Made by a program: the position numbers and the translations under genes. Shown piece after piece: positions 37,548 to 47,264 of a stretch of DNA of 64,000 nucleotides. The notes below the pieces were generated by a model, which saw only the letters and a list, made by a program, of their open reading frames with translations, had not been told where the DNA came from and made no database searches. The first letter of the stretch is position 1; every line of letters starts with the position of its first letter. The stretch covers positions 32,001 to 96,000 of IMG/VR virus record IMGVR_UViG_3300015371_000004. One strand, 5' to 3'. This stretch comes from a virus.

Positions 37548-37576
37548 TTAGACGTTGGGTTGGCCTAAATTGTTCC
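37548..37576 (-). promoter_or_regulatory. ECF-like promoter of the sigma2 gene
   Basis: GGAAC-N17-CGTCTAA, then AGGAG SD and ATG 37528. Confidence 0.7.
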
Positions 37577-37661
37577 CATGCTCCCCAGCGCCAAAAACGG
37601 ACGATACCACGCCTTACTACTCAGAAAAAGACCTAAATTACGGTTTCGTGTAAATAGGGCC

Positions 37662-38012
37662 CTACCCCCAATTCGGTGGACTCGCCTGCCGTGTCAATCC
37701 GGCGTCCTCCGTGAACTCTCCAGTCGTCGGGTCAAACGTCAGGGCCTTCGGGTCAGGCGCCCACGTGATCACCGCCACACGGCCCGGGCAGACGTCGAGC
37801 GGGCCCATGTACGTGGAGCCCTGCCCGAGGTTCGGGAATTGGAGGAAGAGTTCCCCCAAGGGTGGTGCGCTCCCCAAGGACACGAAGGTGTGAACCTGCT
37901 CCCCATAGAGCAAGAGAACCGGGTACCGCCCGGCTGGCTTGCCCGGGTACTTTTTCCAGACGGCCCCCACCGCCGCGCGCGCGAACTCTTCCGCCTCAGC
38001 TCGGTCCATCAC
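37662..38012 (-). CDS. Hypothetical protein
   Basis: Coupled to the vWA gene. Confidence 0.5.
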   Translation of the reverse strand: MMDRAEAEEFARAAVGAVWKKYPGKPAGRYPVLLLYGEQVHTFVSLGSAPPLGELFLQFPNLGQGSTYMGPLDVCPGRVAVITWAPDPKALTFDPTTGEFTEDAGLTRQASPPNWG

Positions 38013-38563
38013 GCCCTGAGGTAGCCGCGAACCGCGGACGACAGCTGCTTCATCGCTGCAGGCAGCGAGAACTTGTCCCCTGAGATGACCTCCTTCGGGT
38101 CAAGCCCGAGGTCGACGATCAGCTGCTGTGGCAGGGTCTTGTTGCCCAGCGTCAGGAACAGAATGGTCCAGCGCCCCGTCTTCCGCTTGTCCTGAATCAT
38201 CCGGCGCACCTCGTCGAGCGTGTACTCCGAGGAGTTCTCCTCCTGCCCGTCGGTCACGATCGCCAAGACGACACGGTTCTCGCGCGCGTTGCGTTCGAGG
38301 TCCTCGATCGAATTGCCGATCGCGTCATACAGCGCCGTCCCGCCCGAGGGGCAATAGTCGCCCGGCTGCAGCGGCTGGAACGTGCTGAGCGACTGGAAGT
38401 CGCGCGCAATGACCACGTCGTCCTCGAAGAAGGCGAGCGAGACCTTCTGGTCCACGGGCTCACGCGCCAGCTGGTCGATGAACTTGTTCACCGCCTGCCG
38501 CACCGGCTCCTCGCTTCCGCACATCGAGCCACTCTGGTCGATCACAATCCGCGTGAAAAACAT
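38009..38563 (-). CDS. von Willebrand factor A domain protein
   Basis: MIDAS DQSGSM, GGTALYDAIG, IVTDGQENSS. Confidence 0.9.
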   Translation of the reverse strand: MFFTRIVIDQSGSMCGSEEPVRQAVNKFIDQLAREPVDQKVSLAFFEDDVVIARDFQSLSTFQPLQPGDYCPSGGTALYDAIGNSIEDLERNARENRVVLAIVTDGQEENSSEYTLDEVRRMIQDKRKTGRWTILFLTLGNKTLPQQLIVDLGLDPKEVISGDKFSLPAAMKQLSSAVRGYLRA

Positions 38564-38572
38564 CGGCTCCTC

Positions 38573-38986
38573 TCAGTCATCGTCGCATCCATCCCAGTAG
38601 CCGTCGAACTTCGCCTTGGCATTCGACAGGGACAGCGTCACCTGACGCTGGTCCAGCACGGCCCCACACTCCCAGCAGAGCCACGGCTCGTCAGGGGCTG
38701 CCATCCCCGGCGCCTGCGTGTCCTCCGGGTCCGTGAGGTGCGAGACCGCGTGGATCGCCTCGTCGAGGCGGCCCACCGGCACCCACCACGTCTTCCCGGC
38801 CTGCGACCACCGGCCCCCGAGGGCCTTGACGTACCCCTTGGCCTTATAGGTCCGCGTCCCCCGAATCGGGACGAAGTTATCAACCGTGACGTTCGGCGGC
38901 GGCGCTCCGAAGGGCTCATCGCAATTCGGGCAATACCAGCCCCCGCGACGATCTCGAAACGGCTGACAGACCGGGCTACAAGGCAC
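38573..38986 (-). CDS. Zn-finger hypothetical protein
   Basis: CPNC, KALGGRW...KTWWVP, CWECG. Confidence 0.55.
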   Translation of the reverse strand: MPCSPVCQPFRDRRGGWYCPNCDEPFGAPPPNVTVDNFVPIRGTRTYKAKGYVKALGGRWSQAGKTWWVPVGRLDEAIHAVSHLTDPEDTQAPGMAAPDEPWLCWECGAVLDQRQVTLSLSNAKAKFDGYWDGCDDD

Positions 38987-39005
38987 CTCAGCCGGGTAAT
39001 ACCCC

Positions 39006-39404
39006 TCAGATGCGGATCTCGATCGTGCGAACCGAGACGAACAGGTAATACCCGTGGCGGCTGAACGGCAGGTACCCCTTCCCGATCGCCGAGGCCACGA
39101 TTGCCCCGTCGAGGACCCGCTGGTTCTCCATGAGCGCGCCGGGACGGTGCGCCTTCACGACGCGGAACAGCCGCTTGGCCTGCGCCGTGTCGAGCGCGCG
39201 CGTGGGAATGATCTTGACCTCGGCGCCCTTCGGGTAACAGTAGCGCAGCTCCGGCCGGTACCGGTTGAGCGTCTCAACAAGGAGCTTGAGCGCCGACTGG
39301 CTCTCGGGCTGGGCCGTCTGCGGATGGGCCGCGCGCGCCAGCAGGTGCTTGGCCTGCCGGAGCACCGTCTCCGGCGACTTCAGCTTTACTGCGTGGGGCG
39401 CCAT
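39006..39404 (-). CDS. Hypothetical protein (DUF2786-like N-terminus)
   Basis: LLARAAHPQTAQPESQSAL; start re-placed at ATG 39404. Confidence 0.45.
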   Translation of the reverse strand: MAPHAVKLKSPETVLRQAKHLLARAAHPQTAQPESQSALKLLVETLNRYRPELRYCYPKGAEVKIIPTRALDTAQAKRLFRVVKAHRPGALMENQRVLDGAIVASAIGKGYLPFSRHGYYLFVSVRTIEIRI

Positions 39405-39991
39405 AGGCTGCTCGCGTCGATGACAGAGTCTGGGGCAAAGATGATCGGATCCAAGCCGTCCCAAACCCCGCAGCGCTTGTGCCAGATCAGCCACCCGCAC
39501 GTCACCGAGTCCGTCGAGGGCTCGCCTCTGCTGTTCAGCCGATACCGGATCCGCGGCAGCACGAGGTTCTGCGTCGGCGGGAGATCCCGCAGCAGCGACC
39601 GCCTCAGCCCACCCTTGAGCGGTTCGAGAAAGGACAGGCGTACGTGCATGGCGATCCCGGAGGTCACGACCGGCCACGCGTGCTGGAGAATCGGCGCCGC
39701 GATCGAGAACGCCGGGTTGACCGCCACCCAGTCGACCATGCCCGGCAAAAACTGGCGCCAGTAGCGCGGGTCGGAGGCGTCCTCGTGGGCCATCGCGTCC
39801 CACTGCGGGTCGAGATCGTTCGTGATGAACGCGACCTCGGGATACCGCGCGCCAATGACCCTCGTCATCGCGCCAGCACCCACGCAGGGATCGACCACCG
39901 TCCCCTGAAACCGCACGTGGTCGCAGAGCCACTCGGTCACGAAGGGCGGGGTCTCGTAGAACTCGTAGTCTATTTGTGCCGGTGTGGCCAT
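39386..39991 (-). CDS. Amino (N6-adenine-type) DNA methyltransferase-like protein
   Basis: FYETPP, motif I DPCVGAG, motif IV variant VNPAF, RLSFLE. Confidence 0.78.
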   Translation of the reverse strand: MATPAQIDYEFYETPPFVTEWLCDHVRFQGTVVDPCVGAGAMTRVIGARYPEVAFITNDLDPQWDAMAHEDASDPRYWRQFLPGMVDWVAVNPAFSIAAPILQHAWPVVTSGIAMHVRLSFLEPLKGGLRRSLLRDLPPTQNLVLPRIRYRLNSRGEPSTDSVTCGWLIWHKRCGVWDGLDPIIFAPDSVIDASSLWRPTQ

Positions 39992-40218
39992 AGCGCGATC
40001 TCGCCGGATGGTCCGGTCTCCGCCGGTTCGGCGAGGATCTTCGCCGCCCGCTGCCGCAGGAGGTCCGCTTGGGCCCGGCGGCGCGCGGTGCTCTCCCGCA
40101 ACCGCTCGTCCGCCTTCTGCGTGCTCTGGCGCTCGCGGAGGCGCGCGCCCTTGTCCTTCAGGAGCTGATCAAGCCTTCGGTCTTCGTCCGTTTGTTGCGC
40201 CCGACGCCACCAGCCCAT
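39970..40218 (-). CDS. Hypothetical protein
   Basis: GGGAGG SD; GGGGTAATAC upstream. Confidence 0.5.
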   Translation of the reverse strand: MGWWRRAQQTDEDRRLDQLLKDKGARLRERQSTQKADERLRESTARRRAQADLLRQRAAKILAEPAETGPSGEIALWPHRHK

Positions 40219-40597
40219 CTCGTCCTCCCTCTGGTATTACCCCGTCGCGCCGGTCACGTGGGAGCAGGAACGGATAGCGGTCGCGTCGATTCTGGTCAGG
40301 CGTCCCCCAGTAGCCATGGAAGGGATTGACGCATTCCTCATTGTCGCATTCGGGCAGGTGGCAGGCCTCGAAGCCGTTGTGGTCGTAGAGCGCGGTGTTG
40401 TCCCTGATGCAGAGGGCGACCCGGAAGGCCGGGACGATCAGCTGTTTCTTGGTGCCCGGGTCTCGGCAGATCCAGATCACCGGGCGCCTGTAGCCGCCGA
40501 GCTTGATCGACATGGCGCCGGTCCAGTCCCAGCAGCTGAACCAGTCGGTGATGACCACCTTGTCCCAGAACCTGCGGCGGAGCGGCTCGTCGATCAC
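40169..40597 (-). CDS. HNH endonuclease
   Basis: RFWDKV...CWDWTGA...ACHLPECDNEECVNPFHGYWGTPDQNRRD. Confidence 0.82.
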   Translation of the reverse strand: MIDEPLRRRFWDKVVITDWFSCWDWTGAMSIKLGGYRRPVIWICRDPGTKKQLIVPAFRVALCIRDNTALYDHNGFEACHLPECDNEECVNPFHGYWGTPDQNRRDRYPFLLPRDRRDGVIPEGGRDGLVASGATNGRRPKA

Positions 40598-40600
40598 CTA

Positions 40601-40876
40601 CTACTCCATCCGAACAAGCCCATCGACAGGGAGATCGAGCGTGAACTCCACGCCCCCAAGGCAGTCATGGAGAAGCGCGGGCAGCTCGCGGCGCAGCTCC
40701 TCAGACATATCCCGGAAGTTGACGCAGTGCAGCAAGCTCAGCACGCTGTACGCGCGGACGTCGGGGACATTGCCGATCACCTTGATGATTTTGTCGATGA
40801 CGCAGATGTTAAAGCTGCCATCGCCAACCATTTTGCGGAGCGCGGCGATGACCGCCGCCCGTTCAATGGCGTCCAC
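40601..40876 (-). CDS. Hypothetical protein (probably leaderless)
   Basis: GTG 40876 lies 6 nt after GGGGTATAAC. Confidence 0.55.
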   Translation of the reverse strand: MDAIERAAVIAALRKMVGDGSFNICVIDKIIKVIGNVPDVRAYSVLSLLHCVNFRDMSEELRRELPALLHDCLGGVEFTLDLPVDGLVRME

Positions 40877-41259
40877 GCGGAGGTTATACCCCAGCCCTAA
40901 GGCCACGTGTAGGGAGTCTTCCAGACCTCCCTGATCATCGTCGCGACCCCACCTTCGACCGTGCCCGTCCGCCAGCCTTGCTCGACCAGCGACGCCCACT
41001 CAATCGAGTGGTAAATTGTCTTTCGATACTCGTAGCGTCGAAACATCAGGCTTCCTCCCATCCGCCAAGGACCACCCACTTGCCGGTCGCCAGCTCTCGG
41101 CCGTAGTGGAGACCTCGGTGATTCTTGTACTGGAAGATTCGGAACCGTCGGCCGTCCTTCTGAGCAACACCGTAGACGTAGCGCCCGGACTGGCCGTCGG
41201 TACTGCGGTGAAGCGCGTCCCTGATTCCGTAAAAGTTCGTCACCAACGCAACCCTCCCT

Positions 41260-41976
41260 TCACTCAACGGGATCCCCGGCCACGACCTCGACGTTCGATC
41301 CGGCCGTGAAGACCCTCGTGCCGTTCGCCAGCTCCAACCCCACCCTCTCGTAGTTCTCGTCGTCAGCGAAGCCATAAGACCGGGCCAGCGCCGAGTAGGC
41401 GGAACGCTTGAACTTGTCTTTGCCAGCCCAGAAGACCCGGCCGACCGTGCCCTTCGGGACCTTCCGGCCCTTGACCACCTTGACCGTCCGGCCGACCTTG
41501 GGGAGCTTGGCCTCGGCCGCCGCGCGCGCTGCGCGGGCCCTAGCTCGCTTGCGCTCCGACCATGCCTCGTAGGCCGCGAGGACCTCGGGGGTCGCATCCA
41601 CGCTGGCGCCGTTCGGGTAGGACCAGCCGCGGGTTGAGGCGTAGGTGACGCGCTCGGTCTTGCCCTCCTCTGGATTCCAGACCACCGCGTAGAAGTCGCT
41701 GTCGTCGTAGCCGTTGTACTCGCCCGTCGAGAGCACCAGCCCCTCGTGGGTGGTCTTCATGTAGAGCGGGCCATGCACGAAGCACCGACCGCCGTCCCGG
41801 AGGTAGTCGGTCAAGCAGCCCTCGGAGAGGGCTCCAGATTTGTCGTAGCCTTTGGCCCGGTTGGGGCACTTGCTGTCGTGAGAGACCGCGCCCGTCTCGT
41901 GGCCGGGGTAATCATTGACCGTCTCGACGTTCGGCAGGCCAGCCTCGTCGGGTCCGGTCATCATACGGATCGCCAT
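41260..41976 (-). CDS. Early accessory protein with KOW/SH3-like C-terminus
   Basis: GYDDSDFYAVVW...VKVVKGRKVPKGTVGRVFW; GGAGG SD and ECF-like promoter. Confidence 0.7.
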   Translation of the reverse strand: MAIRMMTGPDEAGLPNVETVNDYPGHETGAVSHDSKCPNRAKGYDKSGALSEGCLTDYLRDGGRCFVHGPLYMKTTHEGLVLSTGEYNGYDDSDFYAVVWNPEEGKTERVTYASTRGWSYPNGASVDATPEVLAAYEAWSERKRARARAARAAAEAKLPKVGRTVKVVKGRKVPKGTVGRVFWAGKDKFKRSAYSALARSYGFADDENYERVGLELANGTRVFTAGSNVEVVAGDPVE

Positions 41977-41995
41977 CTTTCCTCCTTCCACTTAT

Positions 41996-42039
41996 TTAGA
42001 CGTACGGAAGGCAGGAAAAGTTCAATTACAGGACTGTAA
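41996..42039 (-). promoter_or_regulatory. ECF-like promoter + TTACA-N4-TGTAA palindrome
   Basis: TGAAC-N17-CGTCTAA; palindrome at 42026-42039. Confidence 0.72.
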
Positions 42040-42041
42040 TC

Positions 42042-42227
42042 CTAGATGGGGTGGTTGGGGGTATCGGGGAGTCGACCCAGCCGCCTGAGCCGGGCCAGCT
42101 CATCTTCCAGTTCGGCGTAGTAGGCGGCCTCCTCGGCCGTCCTGACAAGCCTCTGCCGACGGGCTTGGTCCAGCGTCATGCCCCGCTGGATCGCGGCCCA
42201 CATCGACTCCATGCGGTCGGTGTCCAT
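42042..42227 (-). CDS. 61-aa protein after Zeta-like kinase 2 (candidate inhibitor)
   Basis: ATG 5 nt after GGGGTAGTAC; helical. Confidence 0.6.
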   Translation of the reverse strand: MDTDRMESMWAAIQRGMTLDQARRQRLVRTAEEAAYYAELEDELARLRRLGRLPDTPNHPI

Positions 42228-42235
42228 ACGTGGTA

Positions 42236-43327
42236 CTACCCCGTCTCCAGCGTCTTCTTCCGGGCCTTGAGCCGGAAGCTCTTCCAGAGCCGCTTGTTGT
42301 GGATGACGAGCGCCGGGCCGCGCGCCGAGGCCACCAGCCGCGGCTCCCCCAGCTTGTTCGTGTCCCAGAGCCGGAACTCCGTGAAGAGCCCCCGGCGGAC
42401 CACCCGCGGGACCACCTGCGAGACACCCCGATGAGCCTCCCGGATGTAGGGGTGCGGCGTGTAGCGCCCCTGCCGTGGGCCCGGCTTGAGCGCCCCCTGA
42501 TCGGACAACCGGAGCGCCAGTTCCACCGAATTCGTCGCGTAGTCGGCGATCACCCGGTAGCCCTTCTTCCGGAACCCTTCGAGCTTGTCCGTCAGCTTGT
42601 CGATGCTGCTGTCGCCCACGCCATCGAGCACGATGTCCTGCCCGTTGCTGAGCGCCTTCATGATCACCTTGAACGTGATGTCGCTGCTCTCCTCATGGCT
42701 GAGCGTCGAGGCCCGGTGGTCCCCGCCCAAGACCATCGCCTGATACTCCGGGATCCGCGCTTTGACCGCGTCCGGGTTGGCGTAGACCGCGAGGCCCGTC
42801 GGCGGGAACTTCACCAGCCCGGTATTGACCATGGTCGACTTGCCACTGGCCGGGCCGCCGCCCGTCATGTAGACCGTCTGGTTGGTGCTCTTCGGGATGC
42901 CGCGTGTCAGCTCGTCCACAATCCGGTCGTGGAGCTTCAGTCGCTCAGCCGTATAGACTCCGTCCTTCGAGTATATCTGCTTGGTGTCCGGCGGCAGCGC
43001 CTCGAAGTCCTCGCAGATCCCGGTGCCCTTCGGCGCGAACCGGCCGCCGATGCCCGAGCCTGCGGGCTCATGGCAGCGGTTGAATTCCTGAAGACGCCGG
43101 GTCCAGTCCCGCCTCCGGCTGAGCAGGAAGTCAGCCCAGCTGACGTTTCCCGTCCGGCGTTTCCACTGCTGGAAATGGCTCTGCAGGACCTTGAGGACGC
43201 CAACCGCCGTGCCGCTGTCCGCCGGTCTTCCCCGATGGGAAGCGAAGCGGCCAAGCCGGTCGTGGTAGTGGTTGTACTCCCGGGTCCGCGGCAGCTCGGG
43301 CTCGGAATTCGAGGCGGGAACAATCAC
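42236..43327 (-). CDS. Zeta-toxin-like P-loop kinase 2 with two N-terminal motif copies
   Basis: GGPASGKST, NPDAVK, SHEES, IVLDGV; TREYNHYHDRLGRF and LQEFNRCHEPAGSGIGGRFAPKGTGICE. Confidence 0.85.
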   Translation of the reverse strand: MIVPASNSEPELPRTREYNHYHDRLGRFASHRGRPADSGTAVGVLKVLQSHFQQWKRRTGNVSWADFLLSRRRDWTRRLQEFNRCHEPAGSGIGGRFAPKGTGICEDFEALPPDTKQIYSKDGVYTAERLKLHDRIVDELTRGIPKSTNQTVYMTGGGPASGKSTMVNTGLVKFPPTGLAVYANPDAVKARIPEYQAMVLGGDHRASTLSHEESSDITFKVIMKALSNGQDIVLDGVGDSSIDKLTDKLEGFRKKGYRVIADYATNSVELALRLSDQGALKPGPRQGRYTPHPYIREAHRGVSQVVPRVVRRGLFTEFRLWDTNKLGEPRLVASARGPALVIHNKRLWKSFRLKARKKTLETG

Positions 43328-45294
43328 ACTAAAGGCGGGCGCACAAGCTCAGGGGGCGCTTTGGCCAGCATCCGCTCGGCTTCCTTGTGCTTCGACCATC
43401 CGACGTGCCCGCAGTCCTTGCAGCGGTACTCCACAAACTTTGACCCGATCCGCGATCCTCCGCGCCCGTCCCTTCGCGGGCGCCAGCGCCCCGTGGCTTC
43501 GAGGTTCATGCCTCTCGTCGTTCCCATAAAGGCGCGCCGCCACGTCCGGCACTTCGCGCAGACGAAGTAGTACGGCTGGCCCGTTCCACCATTCGTCCCG
43601 GGCATCAGTCCGCCTTGAAGTCGAAGTAGACCCGCGGGCTGTGTTTGAAGACCAGCGTCCCCCGGACTCCATCGGCCCGCCGCCTCACCACCACGTAAGG
43701 CGCCAGAAAACCGATGACCTCGAAGTCCCGGGTCAGCTCGTCGGTTGTCCACGTCTGGCCCGTCGGCACGAATGCCGGGTCGTTGATTTCAGGGACCAAC
43801 GCGCGGCGCGCGCCTTCCGTCGGATCATCGGTCTGCATTGGCTCCTCCCATCGCTACCCGTTTCTGAGCCCACACCAAGTGCTTCCGCAAGGACGCGTGC
43901 AGGTCCTTGCGATACGTCTTGGCCGAATAGAGCCCCGCGCGCACGGCCGCCTCCCCAAGCGCTTCGAGCCGGGGCAGCAGCTCGTGCGGCACCGTCGCGG
44001 GCCACGCTGGGATCCCCGTCCACAGCGCCGTGTTCTCGGCCAGCCATGAGACCTTGTCTTCGATCGTCGTCCGGCTAGGCCCTCGCGCCACGCGCCGCCT
44101 CCTCTGCCAGAACTCGATCGCGTGCTTCCAACCCGGACATCCGGATCAGCTTCGCGATGATGATCTCCCATGCCCGGATGGCCGCGAACTTCGTCGGGTA
44201 GATCGGCGCGCCCTTGAGCAGCGGGTTGTCGACCGTCCAGCCCCGGCCCAGCCTGCGAACCGGGTAGCTGGCCGACCCGAACCGGCTGTTGTGCGTGAGC
44301 ACCATCCGCTCGTCCTCCGTCAGGCGCGCGCCGTTTTCGTAGGCCTCTTCAGCGAGGGCGTCGCCAGTCTTGGTGATCTCGTCGTGGTAGTCCCGGCCTT
44401 CGTTTTTCATGTCAGATCCTTGCCGCAATAGCGGGTGAGATACAGGCGTTGAAGTACGTGCGTGGGCGCGTTAGTGTCGAACTTGACGTGGGCGACCCGC
44501 AGGCGGCGCTTCAGCCAGAGCCGTCGCGGAATCTGAGCAGCCTCCGGCAGTCGAGGCCCGCGCCCATAGAACATCTGGTCAAGCGCTCCCGCTCGACTGA
44601 CGGTTCTCATCGGATCCTCCGACCCTTCGTGGAATGCGGCCCGGCAAACCGGGCAAAGATGACGTCGTAATTGGCGTCCCGGACGACCACGGTGGCTGAC
44701 CGACCCCGGCGCCATGTGCGGGCGGCGGCGTTGATGGCCAGCTGACGCGCGGAGGCCGGAGGATCTTCCCGGTCGCCAAACTCGGCGGCGCCCAAGAACT
44801 CACCCCGGCTGCCGGTGCGTTCAACGAGAAAGGTTTCTGACGTCATGACGCCCTCACAGGGATCACCGCGGTCGCCGCGCCTGTCCGCCATGCGCGCCCG
44901 CTCGCGCGGCTGTCGATCACGAGCCGGTACCACCCGGCCTTACTCGTTTTGACGTTGAGGACGTTGGACTTCGGGAACCGAAAGCGCTCACCAATCACCA
45001 GCGCCGAGAAGGGGACCGCTTCGGGCCCACCAAGCACCTTCGCCCACGCCATCCGATTGCCCTCTCTCAAGTGCCGATCGAGATTCGTCATGAGTCCCTC
45101 CCGAGAAGGTTCAGCGCCTCGCGCGCCGCGGCTCGTGCCGCCACCGTCAGCGTCATGCCGGACCGACGCAGGGTCCCCGGGGACACCCGGTACGGCCGCG
45201 CGCGGTACGCCGTCAGCAGCCGCTTGAAGCTCAGGGCCGCGTTGCGCACCTCAGTGGCTTTCCACCCCATCTTCAGGCTCGTTGGAAGGGACAT
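43324..45294 (-). other. Cluster of small, tightly coupled accessory ORFs (e.g. 43324-43605, 43605-43838, 43825-44091, 44075-44410, 44843-45091, 45088-45294)
   Basis: Overlapping stop/start codons and SD motifs, downstream of the promoter at 45317-45360; no functions recognised. Confidence 0.6.
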
Positions 45295-45316
45295 CCTCAA
45301 ACCTCCTACCACTTAT

Positions 45317-45360
45317 TTAGACGTAAGGTAGGGTCAAAAGGTTCCATTACAGAACTGTAA
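45317..45360 (-). promoter_or_regulatory. ECF-like promoter + TTACA-N4-TGTAA palindrome
   Basis: GGAAC-N17-CGTCTAA; palindrome at 45347-45360. Confidence 0.75.
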
Positions 45361-45361
45361 T

Positions 45362-47241
45362 CTACTCCCCCTTCGGGCGCCGGAGCAGCTCGTCGACCTC
45401 CCGCTTGCTGACGTGCACCCGCCCGGGCGCCACCCCCTCGATCTGGACCTCGACCGCGCCCGCCTTCCGGGACACGACCTCGGCCGGGTACCACGACTCG
45501 GCAAACCGGACCTCGACCTTGTCGCCCCTCTTGAGTTTCAACCTCGACATCGTCAGATCCTCGGCCAGCAGTGATGACTGATGGATTCGGCCAAGAGGGC
45601 GGCCACCTGCTCGGCCGTGTGTGACCGCGACCCCGGCATGTTGATCCGGATCTTCCGGCCCGCCATCACGAGCGAGGCGTCGTAGCCTTTCTGCCGGTTC
45701 CCGTCGATCACGATCTGGACGTTGTAGACCTCAATCGGGTCCATCGGCTTTTCCACGGCGCTCCTCCTCACGCGGCCACCTCCGAATTCGTGAAGGTGAG
45801 GACGTTCGCCTTCAGCTCCTCGTAGATCGGCCGCTCGCGCACGGTCGCCACGATCTTGGCCAGCGTCTTCGCGTTGAAGGCCTTGGCCTCGTCCAAGAAC
45901 GCCTTCTTACCGCTCTGCCCCATCGTGAAGCGCTCCGAGAAGAAGTGCTCGCCCCGGCTCAGCTCGACCTTCGTCACGTGCAGGTAATACCCGCGCCGGT
46001 CGGTCTGGTAGGTGAAGTAGTTGATCCCGCCCTTGCTGTAGGCCACTGAGACCTTCAGGTAGGGCTCGAAGACGTCGAGGGCGGACGGCTCGGACGGCGG
46101 ACCCGCGAGCGCGATCAGCTCGATCGGGACCTCCTGCTTGCGGACTTTCAGATCGGACACGGTAAACGGCATGGTCTCCTCCTCTTAGGCTTGCAGTGTA
46201 GGCACGTCACCTTCTCGGCCTTGTCCGTGTGGACCACGTCGAAGCTCTTCCGACCACACGCCGTCCGATACGGGTGACGCCGCGACAGTCGATGAACGCG
46301 GGGCTCTCTCACACGGTCTCCTCTCCGATTGCCTTGGCCAGCTCAGCCAAGGCCAGCTCGGCATACGTGTCCGCCTCAGTCGCCTCCCGGCGGGCCTTAT
46401 CGGCTCGATCCTGCTCGTCCGCCGCCAGCCGTCGAAGCGCCTGCCACGCCGTCGTCGACCAGAGCTTTATCTGGTAGGCGTCCCAGCGCGTCCTATCGTC
46501 GAGGGTCACGAGATGCTTGCCGATGCCCTTGACCGTCCGCGCCGAGACTTCCACGGCCGAGGGATCGCCGTGAAATCGGGGCACTCGATGCGCCCGGTAG
46601 AGGGTCTGACCTTTCACGACGTCCAAGGCTGGAGCCATCACGCGGCCTCCTTGAATTCCACGGTTGCCCGGCTCAAGACCTTCGGGCCCGACCAGCTCAC
46701 GAGGGTCGTCGCGGTCGGCGCCGTCCGATACCAGCGCCGGAGCAGCCGGAGCGCCGCGGGCCAGCCCTTCAGCGTCGTGCGCCGCCAGCGACCTCGAATC
46801 ACTTTGACCGGAGTCATGACGCCCTCCATCGGTCGAGCGCCCGATCGCGCGCAGGCGACGGCGGGAGATCGGCGAACGGGGCCACACTCGACGCCACCGC
46901 CCGGCGGGCCGTGGCCAGCGCCAAGGCCGCCCGCGTCTTGTCCTCAAACGTGTCGGTCGAGACCCGGAGACTCGCGTCCGGGACCCGCGTCAGAATCGAC
47001 TTGGCCGTCAAGAAGACTTCCTCGATCGAGCCGAGAAAGTAGGCCAGCCGGGAGCCGTCTGGATTCGTCATGTAGAGCCGGTATCGCGTCATTGCATTCC
47101 TCCTCATGTCAGCCTCCACGCCACCCGCGCCAGCGTCAGCGACGGCCGGAACAGCGGGTTTCTCAGCACCAGCCCCGTCAAATAGGCCAGCCGAAAGACC
47201 GCCACCGCCAGCTCGTCCGCCCAAAACAGAAGCGCCGCCAT
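45362..47241 (-). other. Cluster of small accessory ORFs (45362-45550 Tudor/SH3-like, 45553-45771, 45768-46172, 46309-46638, 46638-46829, 47104-47241 and others)
   Basis: Coupled small ORFs downstream of the promoter at 47265-47309. Confidence 0.6.
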
Positions 47242-47264
47242 TGCCCCAACCTCCCTACACCTAT

